From NCBI GenBank assembly GCA_965204735.1, contig OZ242008.1, forward strand, positions 4,000,001 through 4,064,000: 64,000 bases of DNA. Reading direction: 5' to 3'. Source of the DNA: Longimicrobiales bacterium (GTDB lineage Bacteria; Gemmatimonadota; Gemmatimonadetes; Longimicrobiales; Gaopeijiaceae). Below are positions 48,445 through 57,648 of the stretch, one piece after another. The translations under genes and the position numbers were made by a program. The notes below the pieces were generated by a model. It had not been told where the DNA came from. It worked only from the letters and a program-made list of their open reading frames with translations, and did not search any database. Position 1 is the first letter of the stretch. Each line of letters starts with the position of its first letter.

Positions 48445-50622
48445 TTGGCGGAGGTGCGCGACGGAGCGGACGACAAGCCAGCCGGCCAAGAGACCAACGG
48501 CGAACTCCGCGCCGGCAGCGGCGCCGGCGTCCTAGCGGCCGTCCGCGTCGAAAAGCGGCCAGAGGCGCTGCGGTTCCCGGGGCGGGTTCTGTACTTGGTC
48601 GACGACGCGCAGCTGTTGCGCCGCCAGCTTCACGACGGCTTGGACCTGACGACCGACGAGGCGCTTCGGGCGGGCCTGCGAGACCAGATCAGCACCGACG
48701 AGATCACGCCCGCGTACATCTGCTTCTTCTTCGACGAGACCCTGGGCGAGTTCCCCTACCTGGGGCTTCAGGCCAAGGGCGCGGACGGACCGGAAGCGCC
48801 GGTGAAGCGCGGCGGCGTGCGCGCCGGAGGCTTCGTCTGCTCCGTGGCAGGGAAGCGGCGGGGGAAGGGGTCGAGCCGAGAGCAGAGCCCCTACGCCGAG
48901 CTGATGGCCGGGATCAAGGTGGTCGTGGGCGAGAGCATCGAGCGGATCTACGGCGAGAACTGCCAGAACCTGGGAATGCTGGTCACCACCGACTTCGGCG
49001 TGGTGGAGCGCATTCGGGCTGGCGAAGCGATCCCGCTCTCGGAGTTCACCAGCGGGGCGGACGAGATCACCCGGCAAGTCGTCGAGCACGGCGGCCTCTT
49101 CGAGTTCAACGTGGCCCGGATGCAGGGCAAGGTGTCGCTGCCGCGGCCCAAGGCGCTGAAGGAGGCAAGGTCGGCGTCCGAACTTCCCGCGACGCCTGGC
49201 GATCCGCCTCCGACGCCGGCCGCGCCCCCGGCGGCGCGCCGTCCCATGACCCTGGGCGAGAAGATCTTCTCTCGGAAGTGGGTTGTGGACGCCTCGGCGG
49301 ATCACGTGGGCGTGCCGTGGGCGGAGCCGGGAGAGGCGGGCTTCTTCCGCGCCGACCTGCGCTTCTCGCACGAATACGTGACGCCGATGGCGGCGATCTT
49401 CTTCGAGAAGGCGCTGGGGGCGGACGCCAAGGTGCACGACGCCGACTCCATCCTCTTCTTCAGGGACCACCTCACCTTCCTCCACAAGGCGATGAGCCAG
49501 GAGCGGATCGAGGAGGGCCTCCTCGACGTGGCCAACCAGCTGGAGATCAAGCAGCGGGAGTTCGCCGAGCGCCAGGGCATACGCCTCTACGGGGAGCAGA
49601 TGGGCCACGCAATGGGCTCGGAGGCGATCTGCCACTCGAAGGTGCTCGAAGAGTACGCCGAGCCGGGGATGCTGGTGATCGGCACCGACTCCCACACGCC
49701 CCACGCCGGAGCGGTGGGCGCGCTGGCGTTCGGCGTGGGCACCACGGCGATCTTCAACTCTTGGATCACCAAGGACGTGCGTGCGCGCATCCCGCCCTCG
49801 TTCAAGGTCGTGGTCGCGGGCGCGCCCCCTCGCAACGTGACCGCCAAGGACTACATGCTGGAGATCCTCCGCCACCCGTACGTGCGCGACGGCGACGCGA
49901 TCGGCCAGATCGTCGAGTACGCGGGGCCGGCCGTGGAGGCCCTCTCGGTGGACGAGCGCGCCACGATGACCAACATGGCGGCCGAGGTCGGCGCCTTCAC
50001 AGGAATCGTGGCCGCCGACGAGCGCACCGTGGAGTTCCTGGTGGAGGAAAGGGGAATGGACCCGGAGCTCGCCCGCGCCTTGGCGGATGGGATGCAGAGC
50101 GACCCGGACGCCGAGTACGTGAAGGTCATCGAGATCGACGCTTCTCAGGTGCGGCCGATGGTGGCGCTTCCCGGCGACCCCGGAAACGGCGTGCGAATCG
50201 ACGAGCTGGCCCGGCCCGTTCCCATCGAGATCGCCTACGCCGGCTCGTGCACCGCCGGGAAGAAGGAGGACATGGACATGTACGCCCGCGTCTTTCGAGA
50301 GGCCCGCGAGCGTCACGGGCGGGGGGTTCATCCCGGGGTGAAGTGCTACATCCAGTGCGGCTCGGTGGAGGTGCGGGAGTACGCCAGGGCCAAGGGCTAC
50401 CTGGACCTCTTTCGCGCGATCGGCGCCGAGTTCGTCGAGCCGGGGTGCGGCGCCTGCATCGCGGCCGGCCCGGGCGTCACGGTCCGCCCCGACCAAGTCT
50501 CGGTGTCGTCCCAGAACCGCAACTTTCCCGGACGCTCCGGCCCCGGCCAGCTGTACTTGGTGTCGCCGTACTCGGTGGCCGCGTCGGCAGTGGCGGGACG
50601 AGTGGCGGGCTGGCAGGGCTGA
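48445..50622 (+). CDS. aconitase-family hydro-lyase with N-terminal LeuD-like swivel fused to a LeuC-like catalytic domain
   Basis: DQISTDEITP, GSSREQSP, IYGENCQNLG, then TLGEKIF, GTDSHT, GSCT, PGCGACI, NRNFPGR; start uncertain. Confidence 0.85.
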   Translation: MAEVRDGADDKPAGQETNGELRAGSGAGVLAAVRVEKRPEALRFPGRVLYLVDDAQLLRRQLHDGLDLTTDEALRAGLRDQISTDEITPAYICFFFDETLGEFPYLGLQAKGADGPEAPVKRGGVRAGGFVCSVAGKRRGKGSSREQSPYAELMAGIKVVVGESIERIYGENCQNLGMLVTTDFGVVERIRAGEAIPLSEFTSGADEITRQVVEHGGLFEFNVARMQGKVSLPRPKALKEARSASELPATPGDPPPTPAAPPAARRPMTLGEKIFSRKWVVDASADHVGVPWAEPGEAGFFRADLRFSHEYVTPMAAIFFEKALGADAKVHDADSILFFRDHLTFLHKAMSQERIEEGLLDVANQLEIKQREFAERQGIRLYGEQMGHAMGSEAICHSKVLEEYAEPGMLVIGTDSHTPHAGAVGALAFGVGTTAIFNSWITKDVRARIPPSFKVVVAGAPPRNVTAKDYMLEILRHPYVRDGDAIGQIVEYAGPAVEALSVDERATMTNMAAEVGAFTGIVAADERTVEFLVEERGMDPELARALADGMQSDPDAEYVKVIEIDASQVRPMVALPGDPGNGVRIDELARPVPIEIAYAGSCTAGKKEDMDMYARVFREARERHGRGVHPGVKCYIQCGSVEVREYARAKGYLDLFRAIGAEFVEPGCGACIAAGPGVTVRPDQVSVSSQNRNFPGRSGPGQLYLVSPYSVAASAVAGRVAGWQG

Positions 50623-50757
50623 AGGCGGGCCCGCCGGGCCGAAGACGAGATGCAAGAGCGCGAAGATCCGGCAAAGTTCTCTTGCACGCCCTACTTGCCT
50701 TGGCTATCGTTCGCCGTTCCCACTTCTTCCAACGCTACCTGCATAGGTTGATTTGTC

Positions 50758-51468
50758 ATGGCAATTCACCAAGAGAGCCTGGGTTCCCTGGGCGTCCCTC
50801 CCGCCGACGCCGCCACCCCGGTCGCCGCTCGCTACCTGGAAATGCTCTTCGAAAAGGTGGCGTCTCAGCACGATCCGAACCCGGAGCTGCTGGAACGGAT
50901 CGAGAAGTCGCTGGACGTCGGCTACGGACTGGGCGACGGCCGGGGACTCAAGGCTCGGTACGTCGGCATTCTCATCGACAAGGCGGGTTCGCAGGAGGAA
51001 CCGACCGGCGACCTCCTGGACCGGATCGAGAAGTTTCTGGAGGCGGGCGACCTGGACCGGCAGCCGACGGCGTCGCCGGTCGCGCCGCGCAGACGGCAGA
51101 TACGGCGCAAGCGCCGGAGCAAAGCAGGCGCCGGACACCCGGAGGTCGCCAGCGACGAGTTCAAGGGGATGGGTCCCACCGACGCGTACAGGAAGTTTAT
51201 CCGGACCTACGGCGACAGGTACACGGTACCCCAGATCCGCGACGCGCTCCTCATGGGCGGCGTCAGCTCCGCGACCCGCACGTCTCTTCTCACCGGCCTG
51301 CACTCGGTGCGTCGCCGCGACCGGCTCAAGGCCGAGGCGGAGCAGAAGAAGGCGGACGAGACGGCGGCCCGGAAAGCCAGCGCGCGGGCCGCAGCCGAGC
51401 GCGCCGCGGCGGACATGGAATCCAGCGGGACGCTCATGCGGAGGTCGGTCCCCGGCGCATCCGACTAG
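50758..51468 (+). CDS. hypothetical protein with an internal 42-aa repeat and possible winged HTH
   Basis: ARYLEMLFEK...ELLERIEKSL repeated as ARYVGILIDK...DLLDRIEKFL; basic linker; helical C-terminal part. Confidence 0.6.
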   Translation: MAIHQESLGSLGVPPADAATPVAARYLEMLFEKVASQHDPNPELLERIEKSLDVGYGLGDGRGLKARYVGILIDKAGSQEEPTGDLLDRIEKFLEAGDLDRQPTASPVAPRRRQIRRKRRSKAGAGHPEVASDEFKGMGPTDAYRKFIRTYGDRYTVPQIRDALLMGGVSSATRTSLLTGLHSVRRRDRLKAEAEQKKADETAARKASARAAAERAAADMESSGTLMRRSVPGASD

Positions 51469-51556
51469 GACCGACTGCGGGGCTGGAGTTCGCCGGGCGG
51501 GCGCGAGGCGTCTCCCTTAGGTCTCCCTGCCTTCCCACCTCCCCACCTTCGGACCA

Positions 51557-51629
51557 TGGTCGCTGCTGGACTCGAACCAGCGACCCCTACGATGTGAGCG
51601 TAGTGCTCTACCGACTGAGCTAAGCGACC
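51557..51629 (-). tRNA. tRNA-Val(CAC)
   Basis: Cloverleaf: acceptor GGTCGCT/AGCGACC, anticodon arm CTACG-CTCACAT-CGTAG, T-loop GTTCGAGTC; CCA not encoded. Confidence 0.95.
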
Positions 51630-51663
51630 GTACCACTTCTTTGCACCGCTGGCGCTGTCAAAG

Positions 51664-51736
51664 TACCCCCACGGGGAATCGAACCCCGGTCTCCTGGCTG
51701 AGAACCAGGTATCCTAGGCCACTAGACGATGGGGGC
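51664..51736 (-). tRNA. tRNA-Glu(CTC)
   Basis: Cloverleaf: acceptor GCCCCCA/TGGGGGT, anticodon arm CCTGG-TTCTCAG-CCAGG, T-loop GTTCGATTC; CCA not encoded. Confidence 0.95.
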
Positions 51737-51910
51737 GTCGGACCAGAGTCGTGCCCAGGACCAAGACGATCCTGAACGACGACGGACGAAAAAGGTAAGG
51801 CTTGCCCCGGAGAGGTCAAGTCCCCAGGCCTGGCTTGTGCGCGCGCCGGGCCCGGCCCAACGTCCCCCATCGTGCAAATGTGAAGTCCCGCTGCCGATTG
51901 TCATGACAAA

Positions 51911-52638
51911 ATGAAGCCGACCTTCCAGCGAGCCCTCTCCCTTCCGCCGGCCGGCGACGAGACCTTCTTCCTGTGGGGGCCTCGCCAGACGGGCAAGAGC
52001 ACCCTCTTGCGGAAGTCCTACCCCGACGCTCGCTGGATCGACTTGCTCAAGGCCGACGACTTCCGCCGCTACGCCGCTCGCCCGGAGCTGCTTCGCCAGG
52101 AAATGGAGGCGGAGCGGACTCGACGCGGCGGGCAAGCCGGCGCATCGAGGTCCTGGAGGACACGCTGCTGGGCAGGTGGCTGCCCGCATACAGAAAGCGA
52201 GCCAAGCGCCGGGTCGTTCAGGCGTCCAAGTTCTACTTCTTCGACGTGGGCGTGGTGAACAGGCTGGCGCGGCGCGGGCAGGTCCTTTCCGGCTCGGCCG
52301 ACTACGGCAAGGCGTTCGAGAACTGGGTGTTCCACGAGCTGGCGACTTACCTGGGCTACCAGGAAGTGGACGCGGAGCTCTCCTACTGGCGACTGGCCGG
52401 CGGCACCGAAGTGGACTTCGTCGTGGGCGACATGGAGGTGGCGCTGGAGGCCAAGTCCAGCCGGAACGTCACCCGAGACCACCTCAAGGGGCTTCGGAGC
52501 TTGGTGCGGGACCATCCGTCGGTCCGGCGGCGAGTCGTGGTGTGCCGGGAGCCTCGTCGTCGGCGAACGAGCGACGGGATCGAGATCGTGCCGGCAAGGG
52601 AGTTCGCCTTCGGGCTCTGGGAGCGGGAGTGGATCTGA
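51911..52638 (+). pseudogene. AAA_14/DUF4143 ATPase, internally deleted and frameshifted
   Basis: Walker A GPRQTGKS in one frame; KFYFFDVG, FENWV, EVDFV, LEAK in another; junction ~52117-52146; no Walker B. Confidence 0.8.
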
Positions 52639-54173
52639 CGGCCGAGCCCGACGTGCTGGTGCTGGGAGGGGGGCCGTCCGGGTGCGCGGCCGCCCGCCTC
52701 CTGGCGATGTGGGGACTGGACGTGATCGTCGTCGAGCGTTCGCTGGGGTCCGGCGATTCCGGCCAGGCGCTGGCCGAGTCCCTTCCCCCAAGCGCTCGCA
52801 AGGCGCTGGCAGCCGCCGGGCTTCTCGGCGTCGTCGAAGCGGCGGGGTTCCACCCCAACACGGGGAACACGGCCCTTTGGAACGGCGAGCGGCGGAGCGA
52901 CGGATTCGGCCGAGGGAGCGCCGGCTTCCATCTTCTGCGCTCGCGGTTCGACAACCTGCTGCGGGAATCGGCTGCGGCGGCCGGCGCTGCGCTGGTTACC
53001 GCCACGGCCCGCCGTCCCGTGCGGACCGAAGGCCGCGGCTGGGTCGTGCCCGTGGACCGGGGACGAGGGGCGGAGCTGGACGAGCTGCGGCCCAAGTGGG
53101 TGCTGGACTGCACGGGCAGGGCCGGAGTGCTGGCCCGTCGGCATCGGGTTCCGGAGCGGGAAGCGCCGACGCTGGCGGTGCTGCGCCGCTACGCCGCTCC
53201 GTCGAGGGCCGGCGGCTGGCCTGGCATCGATCCCGGCCACGCGCTGGCGGAGAGCTTCGAGCGCGGCTGGGCCTGGTCGGTCCCCACGTCGGAGGACGAG
53301 CGGCACGTCGCGCTGATGCTGGACCCCGAGCTCCACCGCGTCTCGGCCGACGCGCCGGGGCTGTCGGCGACCTTCGAGGCCGAAGTTGGGGCGACTCGCC
53401 TGATCCGCCGCGTGACCGGAAGAGGGCGCCCGATCGGCGGCGCGTGGGCGGCGGCCGCCTCCATGTACTCGTCGTCGGCTGCTGCCGACGGCCGGGCGCT
53501 CTTCGTCGGAGACGCCTCGTCGTTCGTCGATCCCATGTCCTCCTACGGCGTCAAGAAGGCGCTGGCGTCGGCATGGCTGGCCGCGGTGGCGGTGCATACC
53601 GCGATCCGCGACGCGGCGATGGAGGGCGTCGCAACGGCGTTCTACGGCCAGCGGGAGCGCGCAATGTACCTGGCCATGCGGGACGGGCTGGCCGAGCAAG
53701 TGCCCGCGAAGGCGGACGCGGCGTCCAGGTCGCCGTTCTGGGAAAGACGGGCCGCTTGGCTCGCGGATCGCGACGTTCCCTTGGTCGGGTCCGGGTCCGT
53801 CGCCGGCGGATCGCCGGCAGCCCGGCTTCGAAACGACCCCGGGGTCGCGGCCGCCTTTCGGGACCTTCGTTCCGGCTCGGGCCTCCTGCGCGCGGGCAGC
53901 CTGCGGACGGTGGAACGGCCGATGGTGGTCGGAAATCGGCTCGTCATGGCGCCGGCGGTGGTCACTCGCCGCTTTCCCGAAGGCGTCCGCCACCTGCGGG
54001 ACGTGGACGTGCTCCGGGTGGCCCGAATGGCGCCGAGCGGCGGCGACCCGGGACTCCTCTTCGAGCAGTACTCGGCGTGGGCGGCTCGCGAGGACGCTCC
54101 GCCGGTGGAGCTGGCCGACTTCCTGGGCGTGCTGGCCGTCCTCGTGGCCGACGGCGTGCTGGCCCCGCCTTGA
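52629..54173 (+). CDS. qhpG: FAD-dependent monooxygenase, QhpG-like
   Basis: VLGGGPSG, AESLPP, RSRFD, DCTGR, GWAW, GDASSFVDPMSSYGV; directly upstream of qhpA. Confidence 0.75.
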   Translation: MDLTAEPDVLVLGGGPSGCAAARLLAMWGLDVIVVERSLGSGDSGQALAESLPPSARKALAAAGLLGVVEAAGFHPNTGNTALWNGERRSDGFGRGSAGFHLLRSRFDNLLRESAAAAGAALVTATARRPVRTEGRGWVVPVDRGRGAELDELRPKWVLDCTGRAGVLARRHRVPEREAPTLAVLRRYAAPSRAGGWPGIDPGHALAESFERGWAWSVPTSEDERHVALMLDPELHRVSADAPGLSATFEAEVGATRLIRRVTGRGRPIGGAWAAAASMYSSSAAADGRALFVGDASSFVDPMSSYGVKKALASAWLAAVAVHTAIRDAAMEGVATAFYGQRERAMYLAMRDGLAEQVPAKADAASRSPFWERRAAWLADRDVPLVGSGSVAGGSPAARLRNDPGVAAAFRDLRSGSGLLRAGSLRTVERPMVVGNRLVMAPAVVTRRFPEGVRHLRDVDVLRVARMAPSGGDPGLLFEQYSAWAAREDAPPVELADFLGVLAVLVADGVLAPP

Positions 54174-54215
54174 CGGCCGAGCGACCGGCCTTCGCCGCCC
54201 GGTGGGGCCGCCCCG

Positions 54216-54323
54216 CCTCCGCGTTGACGACGAGCAAGTGTCCGTGGTGGCGGTGGCGCGCCCCAACGGCCCAGGTCGTTCCACGCCCGCCCTCCGCTTT
54301 GACGGCGAGCGAGTGTCCGTGGT
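54216..54323 (+). repeat. 33-bp direct repeat (75-bp period) upstream of qhpA
   Basis: CCTCCGCGTTGACGACGAGCAAGTGTCCGTGGT vs CCTCCGCTTTGACGGCGAGCGAGTGTCCGTGGT (30/33). Confidence 0.85.
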
Positions 54324-54328
54324 ATATC
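54299..54328 (+). promoter_or_regulatory. putative sigma-70 promoter of qhpA
   Basis: TTGACG followed 17-18 bp later by TGGTATAT, about 45 bp before the ATG. Confidence 0.45.
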
Positions 54329-54372
54329 AGTCGGGCTGTCGGAGGAACCCAAAGATCGCCTGGACCGACCTC

Positions 54373-56112
54373 ATGACCTCTTCTGCCCGCGCGACGCTCC
54401 CCTTGCTTGCGCTTCCGCTCCTGGCCAGCGGTTCGGGCGCTCCTCCGGCGGGCACGCCGTCCCCGGCGTCCGGGACGCTCGCGCCCGTCCCCGCCGACAC
54501 CGCCGGCATCCCGGTGCTGGACGAGACCGTCGTCGACGCTTGCGAACGCTGCCACGCGGTGGACGACGACGGCATGATGACTCGCGTCTCCTACATGCGG
54601 AAGACCCCCGAGGGGTGGCAGCAGTCGATCCGGCGGATGGTCATGCTGAACGAAGTCGAGCTGCAGCCCGAGACGGCTCGGCGGATCGTCCGCTACTTGG
54701 CCGACAACCACGGCGTCGCCCCGGAGGAGCTTCGCCCCGGACGCTTCGAGGTCGAGCGCCGGCTGATCGAGTGGCGCTACGAAGCCGACCGCGACGTGGC
54801 GTACACCTGCAGCCGGTGCCACTCCATGGGGCGCGTGATCACCCAACGTCGCAGCGCCGAGGAGTGGGAGCTGCTGATGGCCACGCACCGGGGCTACTAC
54901 CCCCTCTCCGACACGCAGGGCTTCCGGCGGATCGGGCCGCCGGACCCGGACGCGACCGACGCCCGTCACCCGATGGAGAAGGCCGTGGCCCACCTCTCCA
55001 AGGCGTTCCCGCTGACCACGCCCGAGTGGACGGCTTGGTCGGCCACGATGCGGCCGCCTCGCCTGGCCGGCACGTGGGCGCTTCGGGGACGCGACCCGGG
55101 GAACGGCCCGATCTACGGGACCCTCGAGATCGCGCCGGGCGCCGACGACGCCAGCTTCACGACCCGCGCCAGCTACGTGAACGCGCGCACGGGCCGGCGC
55201 TTCGAGCGGAGCGGGCGCGCCGTCGTCTACACGGGCCATCAGTGGCGCGGACGGTCGTTCGAGGACGGCGCCCCGGACGGCGCCCTTCGCGAAGTGATGA
55301 CGGTGGAGCGGGGATGGAACCGGATCGACGGGCGCTGGTTCGCCGGCGACTACGACGAGTTCGGCCCCGACGTGACGCTGCTGCGGGTGGACGGTCCCGT
55401 GCCGCTGGGCGTGCATCCGGTCTCCCTGAGGGCGGGAAGCGAGGGCGCCCGAGTGCGGGTCTACGGCGCCGACCTGCCGACGGGGCTGGTCGCCGAGGAC
55501 GTGGACTTCGGCCCCGGCGTGGACGTCGCAGGCGTCGTCGAGAGCCGGCCGCACGTGCTGGAGGTGGACGTGCGGGTAGAGCCGGAAGCGGCGCCGGGGG
55601 CCAGAGACGTCTACGTGGCCGGACGGGCCGTGCCCGGCAGCTTGACGGTGTACGAGAGCGTGGACCGGATCGCGGTGAGCCCCCGCGCGGGGATGGCCAG
55701 GCTGGGGGGAGGCGCCTTCCCCAAGGGCTACGCCCAGTTCGAGGCCACGGCCTTCAGCGACGGACCCGACGGCGAGGCGGAGACGGAGGACGACCTGGAG
55801 CTGGGCCAGGTGGACGTGACCTGGTCGCTGGAAGAGTACGCCGCCGTGTTCGACGACGACGACATCGAGTACGTGGGCGTCCTGGACGAGAACGGCCGCT
55901 TCGAGCCGGCGATCGACGGTCCCAACCCGGCCCGCACCGGCAGCCGCAACAACGTGGGCGACGTCTGGGTGGTGGCGACGTACGCGGGGCCCGACGGCGA
56001 GGAGGTGCGAGGGCGCGCCCACCTGATCGTCACCGTGCCCCTGTACATGCGTTGGGAGCCGTGGCGGGTGGAGGAAGGCCCCCCGCGCCCGCCGAGGAGG
56101 ACGGGAGGATGA
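54373..56112 (+). CDS. qhpA: quinohemoprotein amine dehydrogenase alpha subunit (diheme c)
   Basis: Signal peptide; CERCH and CSRCH heme motifs; RKTPEGW, P...MARLG, GPNPAR...NNVG, HLIVTVP. Confidence 0.92.
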   Translation: MTSSARATLPLLALPLLASGSGAPPAGTPSPASGTLAPVPADTAGIPVLDETVVDACERCHAVDDDGMMTRVSYMRKTPEGWQQSIRRMVMLNEVELQPETARRIVRYLADNHGVAPEELRPGRFEVERRLIEWRYEADRDVAYTCSRCHSMGRVITQRRSAEEWELLMATHRGYYPLSDTQGFRRIGPPDPDATDARHPMEKAVAHLSKAFPLTTPEWTAWSATMRPPRLAGTWALRGRDPGNGPIYGTLEIAPGADDASFTTRASYVNARTGRRFERSGRAVVYTGHQWRGRSFEDGAPDGALREVMTVERGWNRIDGRWFAGDYDEFGPDVTLLRVDGPVPLGVHPVSLRAGSEGARVRVYGADLPTGLVAEDVDFGPGVDVAGVVESRPHVLEVDVRVEPEAAPGARDVYVAGRAVPGSLTVYESVDRIAVSPRAGMARLGGGAFPKGYAQFEATAFSDGPDGEAETEDDLELGQVDVTWSLEEYAAVFDDDDIEYVGVLDENGRFEPAIDGPNPARTGSRNNVGDVWVVATYAGPDGEEVRGRAHLIVTVPLYMRWEPWRVEEGPPRPPRRTGG

Positions 56113-57563
56113 AGGCGGCGAACGGCGTCGAGCCGTCCTCTCTGCTGGCGCAGCGGGAGTTCCATCCCTTCGAGGCGGGCGGGGAGACCTTCGTCTACTT
56201 GGTTCCGTCGGCCGCCGTCTTCCACTTGGACGAACCGTCGCGGGCGGTTCTGCAAGCCCTCGACGCCGGCCCCGCCGACGAGCGCGGCTTGGTGGCGTCG
56301 CTGGACGGGTCGCACGGCGCCGAGGCGGTGCGGAGCAGCATCGCCGAGCTCTTGCGCGTGCAGGCGATCGGTCCGGCTTCGGCGCCCCGGGAAGCGGTCC
56401 CCCGGGTGCTGCCCCAGGTCGGCTTCCCCCTCACGACGATGGTCCTCAACGTCACGAACAAGTGCAACTTGGCGTGCACGTACTGCTACGAGTACGGCGA
56501 GGACAAGATCGTGGACACCGGGTGCGATCCGGCCCCGGCCTACATGAGCGAGGAGACGGCGCGCAAGAGCGTGGACTTCATGTTCGACCAGTCCGGCGCC
56601 CTTCCAACGGCCCACCTGACGTTCTTCGGCGGCGAAACCCTCCTCAACTTCAAGGTGCTCAAGAAGACGCTGGCGTACGCCCGGGAGAGGGCCAACTCCC
56701 TGGGCAAGGAGCTGGACGTTTCGCTGACCACCAACGCCACTCTCCTGCGCGACGAAGTGATCGAGTGGCTGGCCGACAACCACGTGGGCGTCACGATCAG
56801 CATCGACGGGCCGAAGGAAGCCCAGGACAAGTTCCGCGTCTTCAAGAACGGGAAGGGCACCTACGACTACGTGCTGCCCAAGATCAAACGGCTGCTGGAG
56901 CGCCACCGGAGCCGGCCCGTCGGCGCCCGCGTGACGCTGACTCGGCAGACCCTGGACGCGACTCGAATCTTCCACCACCTGCGCAACGAAGTCGGGTTCT
57001 GGGAGGTGGGGTTCGCGCCGGTCACCACCGCCGACGGACGGGGCTACGCAATAGAGGACTCGGGCTTCGACCGGATGCTGGCGCACTTCGAGGAGCTCGC
57101 GCAGGAGTTCGTGGAACACGCCGTCGAGGACCGGCATCACGGCTTTTCCAACGTGCGCGACACGCTGGAGGAGATACACAAGGGCGTCAGCAAGGCGTTT
57201 CCGTGCGGCGCGGGCCTAGGGCTGATGGGCGTCGCGACCGACGGCGACGTGGCCCTGTGCCACCGCTTCGCCGGCTCCGACGAGCACTCCGTCGGCTCCG
57301 TCGAGCGCGGAGTGGACCGGGAGCGCCAGTTCGAGTTCCTGGGCAAGCACCACGTGGCCAACAAGACCGACTGCAGTCGCTGCTGGGCTCGCCCGCTCTG
57401 CGCCGGCGGCTGCTACCACGAGGCCCATGTCCGCTACGGAGACACGGGCAAGGCCAACTTGCACTACTGCGACTGGATCCGGAGCTGGACGGACACCTGC
57501 CTGAAGGTGTACGGCGAGATCGCGGTTCGGAACCCGGCGTTTCTGAAGAGGTTCGAGGCATGA
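56109..57563 (+). CDS. qhpD: QHNDH maturation radical SAM/SPASM thioether-forming enzyme
   Basis: CNLACTYC, FFGGETLLN, PCGAG, CHRF, CSRCWARPLCAGGCYHE, HYC; N-terminal RRE-like region. Confidence 0.92.
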   Translation: MKAANGVEPSSLLAQREFHPFEAGGETFVYLVPSAAVFHLDEPSRAVLQALDAGPADERGLVASLDGSHGAEAVRSSIAELLRVQAIGPASAPREAVPRVLPQVGFPLTTMVLNVTNKCNLACTYCYEYGEDKIVDTGCDPAPAYMSEETARKSVDFMFDQSGALPTAHLTFFGGETLLNFKVLKKTLAYARERANSLGKELDVSLTTNATLLRDEVIEWLADNHVGVTISIDGPKEAQDKFRVFKNGKGTYDYVLPKIKRLLERHRSRPVGARVTLTRQTLDATRIFHHLRNEVGFWEVGFAPVTTADGRGYAIEDSGFDRMLAHFEELAQEFVEHAVEDRHHGFSNVRDTLEEIHKGVSKAFPCGAGLGLMGVATDGDVALCHRFAGSDEHSVGSVERGVDRERQFEFLGKHHVANKTDCSRCWARPLCAGGCYHEAHVRYGDTGKANLHYCDWIRSWTDTCLKVYGEIAVRNPAFLKRFEA

Positions 57564-57648
57564 CGGGGCCCTCGGCGGGCGCTTTGACGGGCTTGAACGC
57601 CGCTCCGGCGCAGCCCAGCCCCCGGCGGGGCGGAAAGGAAGACGAGAG

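Noticed and set aside
51557..51736. tRNAs lacking an encoded CCA
   Set aside because: Common in many bacteria; CCA is added post-transcriptionally
51469..51910. tRNA-anchored prophage or integrative element
   Set aside because: No integrase, and I found no duplicated tRNA 3' end (att site) in the window
52629..54173. Flavin-dependent halogenase
   Set aside because: It has a WAW motif, but its position in the qhp cluster favours the related QhpG monooxygenase
54170..54330. Repeats as a mini CRISPR array
   Set aside because: Only two imperfect copies, not palindromic, and no cas genes
54540..57563. Apparent 1007-aa radical SAM protein
   Set aside because: The real start is ATG 56109 with a GGAGG RBS; the upstream part overlaps qhpA out of frame
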